Origin: Atractiella rhizophila
Lineage: Eukaryota
Reading direction: 5' to 3'
Assembly: GCA_021432655.1 (NCBI GenBank)
Contig: MU271263.1
Location: 1 to 64,000 of the forward strand
DNA: 64,000 nucleotides
A program made the translations under genes and the position numbers. The notes under the pieces are model-generated. The model searched no databases. It saw only the letters and a list, made by a program, of their open reading frames with translations, and had not been told where the DNA came from. This document shows positions 26,401 to 37,430 of the stretch, piece by piece. How positions within the stretch are numbered: the stretch's first letter is position 1; the number at the start of each line of letters is the position of its first letter.

Positions 26401-29400
26401 TTCAATTTTGAGAAGATTTTACAAACTCTCCCATCTGTGAATAGAGGCGAATATGTTCAATTTCAATTTCAATTTCATTAGAATCCAATGGAGCAAAACT
26501 GTCTCTTATATATGCAAGCATGGCAGCAGAAAGCATAGGAACTGTCTTATATGGTGCTTTCTTATTGTTATGGCCATGAAGATAATGTGCTGCTTGTTGC
26601 CCATGAATTTGTTGTTCTTGTATGAAGTGGGCAAGGCAATGATGTAGCAGCTTCTTAGAGAGATCAAGAGGTGAACCTGCTTCAATGTCCTTGAAGGTAG
26701 CGACAGCAGCCGATAGTTAACTCAGCTGTTGATAAGTCTTTGTATCCATCTTAGTGATATAGTCCGTAATATAGAACATTGCAGCTTTCGCAGCTCTACC
26801 CGATAATATAAGCTTCATATGATGATTATGACGGCAGTAAATTAGTATGTAAGGATTAAAAATAGTTGATAGTCTCATCAAGGCACAAGAATATTATTGA
26901 ATTTGTTCCAGGATCAAAATATGAAGCAATGACTTTTTCGTGTGGGAAGCCAAACCGACAGATTTGGTGATTGTACTTGTAGCATACCTTGCAATGGATA
27001 TGCCTTTGTAGCTTCTCCCCTACTAGTTTGATTTCGGTAACCCAATACTCCTCAAGCTCATCTGGATGAGGCGGTCGCTGTGCTGTAGGCTCAAAAGAAC
27101 TGAAGAAATCTGATTTATCATCAAAATTCTCCATATTAGGCAGATGGTGCCATATAATATCTTCAAACATGTCAAACAACCGTCTTTTCAAAATCTTTGT
27201 CAGCTGTCAAACGAGCATGCAGGTCTGTCGGATTCAATGCACCATGCAACCATAGCACAAAGTGACCGTGGAGTACTCCCCTTTCTGTATATTCCGATGT
27301 ACCAAAGTATGCTTTGAGATGACCGAGCAAACCCCCATGAGCTGAAGTCTGTTGCTTATTTTATGCCACCCTAAGAGGAACTCGATAAGGCTCTCAATCA
27401 TAAAATCAAAAAAGTCAGAAGCTGTGACTGGGTCTTTTGCAAGGCAAAAAGCTCGTTCTTGTGCTGTCACTAAGTTCGGATATCTTTGCGAGAGGTCTAT
27501 GGTCTTATCTTCAAAAATGACCTGGAAGATTGGACTATGAGCAGTATTTGGATTCATGGTCAAAAAAATGCAAGGCATGCCAAAATGTGGCATGTAAGCT
27601 CGCACTTCAGCACGAAGAAATAATTTTGCGGCTTGTAAACCAGGAATCGTTGCAGTAACCGAATTAACCTCTTTAATAACTGTAATACTTCTTGTTGATC
27701 CTGTGTGAGATCTAACGAACTACCTTCATGTTCAAGATGATATGCAACTGAATTAATTAACTCCACTGAAAATGATGCTAACTTTTCCACTACTCCATCA
27801 AATCGATCTTTACGAACAGCAAATGCCACATAAGGTGTGCCATTCTGCGTTGTAGGATATTAAGGGCTACAAACATAAAAAAGCGATGGTAACGAAAGGA
27901 GCGATCATATAAATCAAGGTATTAATTACATTGTAAGTCCATTGAAATAGATTTGAAACGACAATTGGGGTAATTTATTGAATGTTTTAATTTTGAGCTC
28001 CGGGTTGGTATCTCAAATCCAGCCATACCATATGGAAAAAGAGAAGGAAACATCCCTGGAAAGAGATCTGGGTTGTCATACTCATTTTCTGGCTCAGAAG
28101 CGTGATACAACATCATATCTGGTTCTTCTCTGTCAATCTTAAGGTTCCTTAATGCAGATGCCCGAAGTGTTCCAGCTGATATGGAAGATTGATCAGGATC
28201 AATCATACCCATTGTTTCAAGGAAAATGGATGGCCCATTCAACGCTTCTTGTGATGACAAACCATTGACAAGCTCTGCAGGATGCTCACTGAGGCTGGCG
28301 GTTTCTGTTGTAAAGATCTCTTTAGCATCCTTCCGAATGTCCTTTGTCATGCCTTTGAACAGGCAATGAGGCACCCCATCTTCTGGATAAGCAGCAAGAC
28401 GAGCTAAGGCTTCAACGTCCATATCAAAATCGTGATAAAGACGGTGATTCTCTTTTAGAAAGATTAGAAACCGAGCAATTTTGTGGCGGCGACACCTCCA
28501 GGCATTTTTCAGCATATTTTCTGTTGGCTCCTTCACACCTACAAGCACCACTGTAATTTCATTAAGAAGATCAGATTCAGTAAGCGGCAACTTTCGAGCT
28601 GTACTCTGGATATTTTGACAGTGAGCACATATGTTTCCATGAAATTTCAAACCGTTCGTTCGTTTGTCCCCTGTCAAATAAACTCGGACAACAGATGCAC
28701 TGCTCCTAAAGCGTGCACATGCTCTCTCCTCTATCCAAGTGAGGTCTTGTAGATCATCTGGCAAACATCCATGATAGAGTTCATTACGAAGTGCAAACTT
28801 TGGAACAGAACCACAGACCAAGGATCCATCACACTCTTTACAAACATAAAGACTGTCAGTGCCTTTGATCTGAAGTAGTCTGTCACTGCATAGCATGTAA
28901 CCATTAAAAGACGCCTAAATAAATTGAAAATCATGTTGATAACGCTCATAATTGTACTCTTGTGCTTGAATTTTGAGGCAATATAACCGATCCTTATATT
29001 CATCAAAAGAATATGTAGATACTGTACCAGTCTTTCCCTTTCGGCCACGAGCACAAATAGCACAACACAATGGTGGAACCCACATTGTTGCATCATAGTA
29101 ATCACGAGCACATGCCTTTTTTGTGCTTTCAGGCACCTTGCACAGCCAGCTCTCTTCAATCTTGTGCAAAAATGCAGCATGATCATCAAGCTTCTGCTGA
29201 ACATTTAAGCCATGTTTCTTTCGTTCCCTCTCATTATGTTCATCAGCACGTCTTCGCTTCTTCCTTGCAATAATTTTGCTGAGAGTTAAAGGGGCTTGAG
29301 AAAGAATTCCATACAATTCATGGCCGAATTGTGAGAGAAGTGCTTCTTCTATATGGTGTTCATCGAGTGCACTATCCATCCACCTTTGGCGTTCATCACG

Positions 29401-29739
29401 CCATGTGGTAACAATACTTGTGCTATACAATAATGAATTCGTCATATCTTTCTCTTTTTGAACTTGAAGTGGAAGCAAAAGGTGTAAGACATGTGCTTTG
29501 AGAACATTGGCTGTTGGTTGCTGACTCAGAGACACAGTAACAGGGTCTATATGAGAGACATTGAGATTATAACCTTCAGGTACTTCAGCATTCAGAGAAT
29601 TATCGAAAATATTGCAAACTTCCTTTCCAAATTTGGCTTCCATGCCTTCCTCATCAGTCTCTGACTGTAGACAGAAATATGAACAGCAGATGGCTGCGGC
29701 ATGTCCCTCTTTTGTGCCATCATTGTAAGTAGGGACTTG

Positions 29740-29890
29740 TGTGACAAGTTCATGATAAGTTCATGACGGCTAGTCATGACTTTTTCAACCAAAATTTCAA
29801 TTCATCAGTCATATCACAGATCATACATTACATTCATGACAAGTAATGATTCTCAGGTGATTATTCATGACACTTCATGATTCAGTCACG
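29740..29890. repeat. hAT subterminal array of TCATGA(C) palindromic motifs (left end)
   Basis: Multiple TCATGA copies just inside the TIR. Confidence 0.7.
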
Positions 29891-32322
29891 AACCAGGGCA
29901 GGAAAGAGTAGTTCTGGTTGGTTTGTATGTGTGTATATGTCTACTTTGTCTTAAAGTAATCAAAAAGCTCTTTGTCTGTCCCAGACAGCAATCCAGCATC
30001 ATACCAGGAGCCTAAAGCCATAGCAGCACGGAATGAATCTTGTGATAGATTGTGCTGGATGCCGGTGGCCTGAAGTCCTCCTGCACTGAAAGCACGTTCC
30101 GCATAGGTACTGGTCACTAAGAAAGGGTCACCAGAAGGCAAGTATTAAGGAAATGGTACACACCAGGGCAGGAGAGCACAGCTATTGCTAGCTTCACAAG
30201 ATTAGGATACCGGCTTCCTTGCCGTTCCCCATTCCACCAAGCCAGTACATCGAAGTCCTTGCATGTCTTCTCCAGGTCATCTTCTAAGTAACACCTGATC
30301 TCATCATATTCCGTCTCAACCATCTGCTGATAATCTTTTCGATATGGAAACTGTTCCTCTGCATCAGAGTCCTCCTCATCCGGCAGATCAGTTGCAACTA
30401 TGGTCTCTGTGGAAGGAGTAGGATGGTAGGTCTTGAACTCCTCATGTAGCAATGTCCGAATATCTTGAATCCAGGAGATGAGCCACCCTGCGTGTTCATA
30501 GTACTTGAGTTTGTGATAAGGGTGAAGTACTAGAAGTTCACATCAGTTCAGTAATAATAACCAAGAGAGACAAACCCATTCCCAACTTATACATGCTTGT
30601 CTCCTGACAAGCTTTTGAATAATATTTATTAAGAACCGTAATCCGGCGACAAGCACCCAACCGAATAAACGCATTTCAGTTAAGCTTGATGTTGCGAAGG
30701 TTATGGTCAAACCTATCGAGATAAGGGATTACATCGGTAAGGAGCACCCATTTCTTGGTAGATAGCTTGACCGTGGCTCGATAGAAAGGCTGCAGACCAG
30801 GCTCAGATCTTGCACAGATTAAATCGAAGGAATTGATAAACCTTGAGAACATCCCACAATTCACCTAGGACTTTCCATCCAGGTTCCATCACTTCATACT
30901 TCTTAAGTATGAATGAGCTCTGTTCTGTAAGACCATCAAAAGCTTGTCGGAGCAGGAGGGCTCGTTCGAGGCAGAGGAAGAGACTGTTCCACTGGGTGAC
31001 AACATCTCGGATTGGAAGTCGTGCATCTGTAAGGTTCGTGTAAAATCGCTCCACAAGACGCTGAAATTCTGTGTTCATCGAGCTGCTATGAACGATCTTG
31101 TGAGACAGTTCCCGAATCTGCAATGTCTTAAGCAATGAATACATGATCAAGCGATACAGACCTTTTGAACACATCCACGAACAGCTTGGTGCTCCTCCGT
31201 ACTGAACTTGATGTTCAGTCTCTTATCATTAGCTCTCAATGGATCCTCCTGTTCCAGTTCCTTCAACACTTCATCGGATATCTCTTCAATAATCTCATCA
31301 TCCATAGCTTCCTGTGCCGTATCATGGCTTGCCACTATCTTATTGATTATGGCAGCCTCTTCCTTGCTGATATTTACAGCTCCATCATCTTCAAATCTCT
31401 CAGTTTCTTCGCCCTTCTTCCTTCTTTTCTTCTCTTTCATGAAGGGCGAGATCAGAGCCTAAAAGGATGTCGGGTAAGAAACACGATTAGAAACTAAGGA
31501 GCAACCAGGTTGAGGACATGTTTGAGGCACCGGATTTGGTATTCTTTCCCCTTAAAGGAGGGGAGCAAGAGCTTGAGTTCCGAAACCATTGTGTCATTGT
31601 TTGACGCACTATCGCTCACCAGTCCCATCAACTAATTTCCATGTTCAATTCGATGGACACGGCAAAGGACAAGCAAGACTGACCTTTCCATCAATACTAT
31701 ACCGCTCCAACACCCTCGCAATCTCTCTGGCCAAATATCTCCCCGTATACGAATCACTCAGCCTGTGAGGAAGATCAGCATACAGGACACAGCAGGGTTC
31801 TAACACTGTACCGGACAACTCTAAAATGATCTCTTTTACCTCAGTTCCCGACCAATAATGAACCAGCACGGCAAGCCAAGCCATGTGGTTCCTCGAGGTC
31901 CAAGCGTCAGTAGAAACATGAAACCGGTCAATGTCCTATCCCACAACTATCGGAAAGTGAGATGTGAATGAGGAGAAACTTCTACCTTCAAATAAACATC
32001 CTTAATAATCTGGGCAGCCCGAGTACAGATGTTCCAGAGATCCTTCGAGACGAGGTCAGCACTAACAAGGTGCACATCAGGTCGAAGCATCTTGAAGATG
32101 ACAAGGAGCTTGTAATCCTCAACTATATTGAACAGCCGTTTGCGTCAAGCACAGAGGAGAGCGAGCCAGAATTGGAAGTGTTGAGGGGAGTAAGGGAAGC
32201 ACGGAATGCCACTCTTCTTTCCATCTCCAGAATCCTTCTTTTCATCACTCTTGTCCCTGAAGGCATACCCAAATTTATTCAGTGTTGTTGAATGCTCACT
32301 GGACTTCGCATGCTTTGCCTCA

Positions 32323-32612
32323 GGGGAGGATGGTGTAGTGGGCTAAGCACCAGTCCTGGCCAGCCCAAATGACGGTTTCTATGTGGCTGTGGGTTCGAAT
32401 CCCACCCTCCCCACCCTGCTTGACCCACCAAGCAACCGCCTGTTAGGGCTGACACTATGTGCGGTCGCCGATAGGCGATGCGTCTGTAGTGGAGGTAAAC
32501 CTAAGCGAATAGTATGGCATGAGGAGACTAACCTGTAGTGGAGGTAAACCTAAGAGAATACTCTGAGGTCACCACCACTACATCTCGATGTATATATACA
32601 TATGTAAAAGCA
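32323..32612 (+). mobile_element. tRNA-derived SINE, head and body (3' end and poly(A) displaced by inversion)
   Basis: GGGGAGG/CCTCCCC-A acceptor-like stem (32323-32413), A-box TGGTGTAGTGG, T-arm GTGGG-TTCGAAT-CCCAC; starts immediately after TSD copy ATGCTTTGCCTCA (32310-32322). Confidence 0.8.
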
Positions 32613-33329
32613 CTGCCATAAACTGTATCATAAGTTTCTTGAAACATGTAAGATAGCTAGATCAGGAAAGCAATAAAAGGAAAACTCGGAAATAAGACAT
32701 ACTGAGCAGTACAAGTGAGAAAGGACAATAAAGCAATAATGGAGACGGTGCAGACCGGCGAAATGGTTAAGGTTTGCTGAGCGGTGATTAGTGTGAGACA
32801 GGGGAAGGCGGCGATCAGCGAGAACGTAAGCAAAGCGGCGATGGGCAGGCGCGTGGTCCTATGGCATGGTAAAGTAGGTCACGTGACTTCAGATGGTGCA
32901 TTTCGGTAATGCGTAGGGGCAAGCCTGACACCGCCCTGGCTTGACCTGGGACACTGACACTGACGTCAGTAGCTGAGGGTGAAAACCCCTCCGGACACTG
33001 TCGGTACCACTGTGGACGCACAGTACAGGGGCGTGGTGCTGTGATGGTGCCAAGCCTCCCCTTGTTTCTCGGTGAACGCGTTTCCAATGTGCATGAGATC
33101 CGCAGCCTTCACACAAGGAGATAGGATACCATTTAGCCGAAGCTTAGGCTTTTCCCATCAACCAGCAAGAAGAAGCGACTGCTCTGACTGTTCAGACTGC
33201 TCAGGAAGGCACTGACGCTGGTCACCCAATCACAATTGACGAGGCTCTGACCAGCAAGCGGTCAAGGGGGGACTCCATCTCTTCTGCTGTATTTCCAACT
33301 TTCTCATGCAACAACAGAACCTGTCATTG

Positions 33330-33667
33330 CTCCGAAGCAAAAGCGACTCCGTGCCAAGAAGGATAAGTCGCATTTGGACGAAGAGGGCACGCTTGTAAGT
33401 ACCTTTACTCTCCATTTGCTTCTCTGAACATAGATCAGGGAAGCTGATATCAAATCTTGGAAATCCTCTGTCTATGCCCATTATAATGCTCTGATGATTG
33501 TCAAGAAGGAAGAAGTGGAGGGAAGTGAAAAGAAGGAGGTTATTTATTCTCGGTTTACTTGTAAGGTGTTTAAAGATCATGAAGTGGACCGGAAAAGGGA
33601 TGGGTTTGCAAGTGGGGCTGCACTGACGTCGCAACTTTTGGCAGGCGTTAAGGCATGTGAGGCAAAG

Positions 33668-33670
<3 letters not shown>
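33330..33670 (+). pseudogene. Inverted N-terminal exons of the hAT transposase (BED-finger-like)
   Basis: WKSSVYAHY..FTCK..TSQLLAGVKAC on +, whereas the catalytic core is on -; joins the core in frame across the SINE TSD. Confidence 0.75.
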
Positions 33671-33704
<34 letters not shown>

Positions 33705-33711
33705 GAGGAAA
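33671..33711 (-). mobile_element. Inverted SINE 3' end and poly(A) tail (T29 on +)
   Basis: T-run directly follows the inverted TSD copy TGAGGCAAAGCAT (33658-33670). Confidence 0.75.
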
Positions 33712-33894
33712 TGCTTTTTACGCACGAACCCGCTGTGATCGGCAAAGGAACAGTGTGGGGCTCCCTAAAACCTCACATGTGATCGCCATGCCTCTACCTC
33801 AAAAACCTCAGCCGGTCGAGCAAGAGCCGAAGCCGAATCCGTGAATGTCGATCACGAAGACGAGGCTCGTGGAAATCACGATGGCTATAACTTC

Positions 33895-34045
33895 GGCCAG
33901 CATGAGTTGTGCCCAGTGACTTATTCATGACTAGTCATGACTCAAGAATTTCTCCGGCGTGACGTTCACAGTTCATGTCACAGTGAACACCTTATTCTTG
34001 ACTTATGATACAGTGACTGTTCATGAATTAATCACATTCATGCGA
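33895..34045. repeat. hAT subterminal array of TCATGA(C)-like motifs (right end)
   Basis: ATTCATGACTAGTCATGACT, TTCATGTCAC and TTCATGAATT mirror the left-end array. Confidence 0.7.
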
Positions 34046-34388
34046 GTCCTTAATTGTAAGACACACTTAGTTTGAGAGAATGACACAAACTCATCAATTT
34101 TGAAAATTTGAATGAACAAGCAAGACGCTTGATTAGGACTTTATCCTTGCATTTTTCAACCGTCATCTTTTTGTTTGGGCTTTCGCAGGTGCAGGTTATA
34201 ATTTGGGAGGGGAGACAGGGAGATGATGTGGTTCTTAAAAGCAAGTAACCCAGCAAGGGGCTCGGATGCAAATCGGTAAGTGCTGCGTGCAGCAGGAATG
34301 TCACCGGATGTCGTGTTTGAGCTCGACAAAGACCCTCCTAAACTTTGTTCAGGTCGGGGACTATGGAAGCTGACATTAGCATTATGCA

Positions 34389-37300
34389 TCATAAAAAGCC
34401 ATGTGACGATAAAAGACTGTCATAGCGCACTTGATCCGCAGTCTTAGCTTTCGCGTTCTCTTCCTCACACCCATCGCACTCTAAAATTTTACACCTCTCT
34501 TTACTAACTGCCTCACGGAGGGTGTTAGTTGATGCCGTCAGTGCTGTCTTCACATCCTCGCTTCCCCATTGAGCAAAAAAAGTTGTGATCAAAAGTAACC
34601 GGTCCTTTCGTGTGTGGTCAAAAAACGAAACAATAAAGTCTCGTAGGCCAATGAAGGCGATGTCGCAATAGCGGATGACAACGTGTTCAATCGATGACTT
34701 ATAGTGAGCCAAGGCACGAACAGCACGATGGGCGAAAAAATCAGTTGGAAGTAAATTGAGTCCGTCATGCTCCCCATCAAGATACAGCGCAACAAGATTG
34801 CGGATGGTGTGCAATTTGGGTGGGTTAAGCAGCACAAAAATGGGTGGAAACCCTGAGGTGGATTTGAAATCCAGATTGAGCAAGGATAACAGATCGAGGG
34901 AGAAATACTCCAATGGGATGATACACTGCTGAAAGTGTAATTGGAAGAGTGAAAGCTCCTCCAGTTGATTAACCGGCTTATCAAGTTCCCTGCTAGTTGA
35001 TGGAATAATATCTACCAGTGTTAAACTTCGCAGAGAAAATTGAGAGTGTGACCTGAACAGGAAGTCCAACACCTCTTCTTCTGGCCAGCCATTCAGTTCC
35101 AATATCGTGATTGTGGTGAGCTGTGTGAGCTGTCCAAGTATGGCCCTCTCCCCTTCTCTGTCAGGTAGCACGAGATAAAGCTTTGATATTGTCCGTTGAT
35201 TCTCCATAACTATCCGTGTTAACAGAATAAGGTCAACTTTGTCCCTTCGATCCTGCATGGTGAAATGGAGGCTATCCCAATTTTTTCTGAACCCCTGAAC
35301 GGGTTTCAAGATGTTCAGTTTGGCTGCACCGCTTTTTGGTTCTTCCAGTTGTAAGAGTCGCTTCCGCATAGCTGGCTGCCAAAGCCGACAAACTGCAGAG
35401 TAAGGAAGCGAAGCAACATAATTCTCGATGGGTACAAATTGAAGAATCTCAATGAGTAGTTCGGACGGCAAGAGCTCGAAAGGAGAGTAGTGTGGGATGG
35501 TTGTCAGTTGAATATTTGCTGCGAGTCGTGACTCTCCTCCCTCTAGCATATACCTCGCACCACTTCTTCTCCACTCGAACTGTGCACGTCGCAATGTCAA
35601 AGGTGAAGCGGTGTCAGATAGCTTCACCACTAGCGTGGCATCTGCCAGTGCTTCAGGAGCAATGTGACTGCAGTTGAACCTTGTTATCTCCCATGTAGAT
35701 GTAGAAATATAGAGGCTGATGAAGTGAGCATTGGCACATGCTGACAGAGATTGAACAGCTTTTGGACGCTCGAAAGCAAAATTATCCTCTTCCCAACCTT
35801 GTCGAAAATGCAGATAGGCAGTTTCTATCCCAGTAGCTTGAAGGAACGATGCTGTCCAACTGAAATATAACGTATCCTCATCACATGGATCCGAGCAGCT
35901 GCTTTCATCACCCCGACTAAGCAGATAAATAGGTTCCCTCTTGCCTTAACACATCAGTAACAAGGTACATCAGGATGTCGTGGAAGGGCACCTTCAACAT
36001 GGTGGCGTGGTCAAGAGGATCATCCGAGCGATAAGGGCTCTAGCAAACAAAGTCAATTAGAACCGATGTCAAACCAGACAGATACTAACCTCTCCACTTA
36101 GGCGAGTGCATAAAGTTTCGTCAATGCAGTCATTTTTGCAGTATGACAGAGGCGATTGTCTGGGACCTCGTTGTCCAATCTTTGAATGTAGAAGTTTGCA
36201 CCAGTTTTCACCCCAAACATACCATGTGGACTTTCCTTTGGGATCAAGCTGCAGATGAGTCTCCCAAGGCGGAATGTTGTGCCTTCCCACGAAGAAATAT
36301 GTACGGTCCTTGGTCGCTCTGACTTCGATCTTGATTGGAAACAGCTCTATGATGTCGTGAACGCCATGCGGCGGTTTGACTACCAAAGAAAAACAAGATG
36401 GATTGCTCAGTGTTTTAGTCCCTGTCAACTTCCTCAGTACCTCTAATGTTGGTGTGTAGCAATTTTACCTGTAAGCATCCACGTTGGTGTTCGAGTATCA
36501 AGTCCAAGTGAGGAACCGCCGTCATTAATCCAGTCCTCAAGGTTTGTGGAACTATTTTCGAAATCCTTGGGATAAGCAATTGTATCATACTTCCTATTTC
36601 CGTTCTGCCTTCCCTTCAGCCTTCAATGTTTATCAGTTCAATGTGGAATGTCAGCAAAAAAGAGGTTTGCACCGACCAATTCTTCTTGATATTGCAGGGA
36701 AACATAGATCGTATTCTGGGAGGGTTGTTAACATTGTCAATATTGAATTCAACTTTGAGAAAAAGTTCGGTAATATTTTGTGTGCCGAAATCCAGCGACA
36801 ACGTAAGTCCTAGGGCAGATTCGTCACTCTGTTGGATGACGCTGAGATCCTGCTGATACACCTGATCGGACCTTCCCATATAAACACTAACACCCTCAGA
36901 AACGGCGAAGCCCTAACTGACCGTCGTGACTTCCATTCGCACACCATGACTACGAAAAAGCATTAATTTGGGCATTTGCGTATCCTGCGATGGATGACTA
37001 GGACTGCTCACCCCGCTGCTCCTTGCATGTTATGAATTCGAGAATTCCCAAGCTTGATAATTTTCAAGAAGGAGAGATGGATCCACTCTCCAAGCCGGTG
37101 ATGTCGAAGCAGATGAAAATGACCCTTTGAACTTGATGAACGGTGGTTGCCCAACAGAATTGTCAGCCTGTTCACACAGTGGCAGTGTAAGCGCCCATTC
37201 ACTCTGATCGCACTCCTAATTCAACTATTCAATGGTAGAGCTGAATGCAGTGCTGATGTGTAATCCCGCATAAACCTTCTACAGACTCGTACAGACTGAC

Positions 37301-37430
37301 AAGTTAGAGGCTGAGTTCGGGTTAGAAACGATGTCTTCCACTCACTATAAGTTGATAGTGCGTAGGCATTCTCTCGCAGGGTATTCTGTGCTGCGATCTT
37401 TTTCTTACTCATAGTTTCGATCCCGCTCAT
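34389..37430 (-). CDS. Multi-exon F-box (+ leucine-rich) protein
   Basis: 413-aa ORF 34389..35630 with F-box-like FELLPSELLIEILQFV..VCRLW followed by LxxLxL repeats; upstream ORFs 36069-37430 flanked by splice signals (linkage inferred). Confidence 0.6.

Larger units (their letters stand above)
29730..34052 (-). mobile_element. hAT DNA transposon (defective) with imperfect TIRs and 8-bp TSD
   Basis: TSD ATTGTAAG at 29722-29729 and 34053-34060; TIRs TAGGGACTTGTGTGA and (reverse-complemented) TAAGGACTCGCATGA; transposase motifs STDAWTS, SDSASNNDTM, CLKHVLNL, VTQWNS, LAWW, ERAFSAGG. Confidence 0.93.
22680..34390 (-). mobile_element. Degenerate Helitron (Rep/HUH + PIF1 helicase + C-terminal protease), interrupted by a hAT
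   Basis: DUF6570-like FALRNELYHG..LTWIEE..FHGNI and EYDNPDLFPGMFPSLFPYG (27922-28896); Helitron_like_N FGMPCIFLTMNP..AKDPV (27234-27605); LQRHIH..CYK..CRFGFP; PIF1 GPGGTGKT, APTGNAA..GTTIHS, IDEIS, FGGLNII..GDLYQ, AYVAASR; true termini not located. Confidence 0.9.

Noticed and set aside
32323..32413. Functional tRNA (including tRNA-Sec)
   Set aside because: No canonical anticodon stem-loop or UCA loop, no immediate poly-T terminator, and it sits between TSD copies inside a transposase
32430..32600. Hammerhead ribozyme in the SINE body
   Set aside because: CUGANGA and GAAA core elements not found in the required arrangement
32603..33113. Solo LTR (TGTAA...TCACA, ~510 bp)
   Set aside because: No matching 4-6 bp TSD; better explained as inverted hAT 5' sequence starting at the microhomology breakpoint
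33671..33699. Simple poly-T microsatellite or terminator
   Set aside because: Adjacent to the inverted TSD, so reinterpreted as the SINE poly(A) tail
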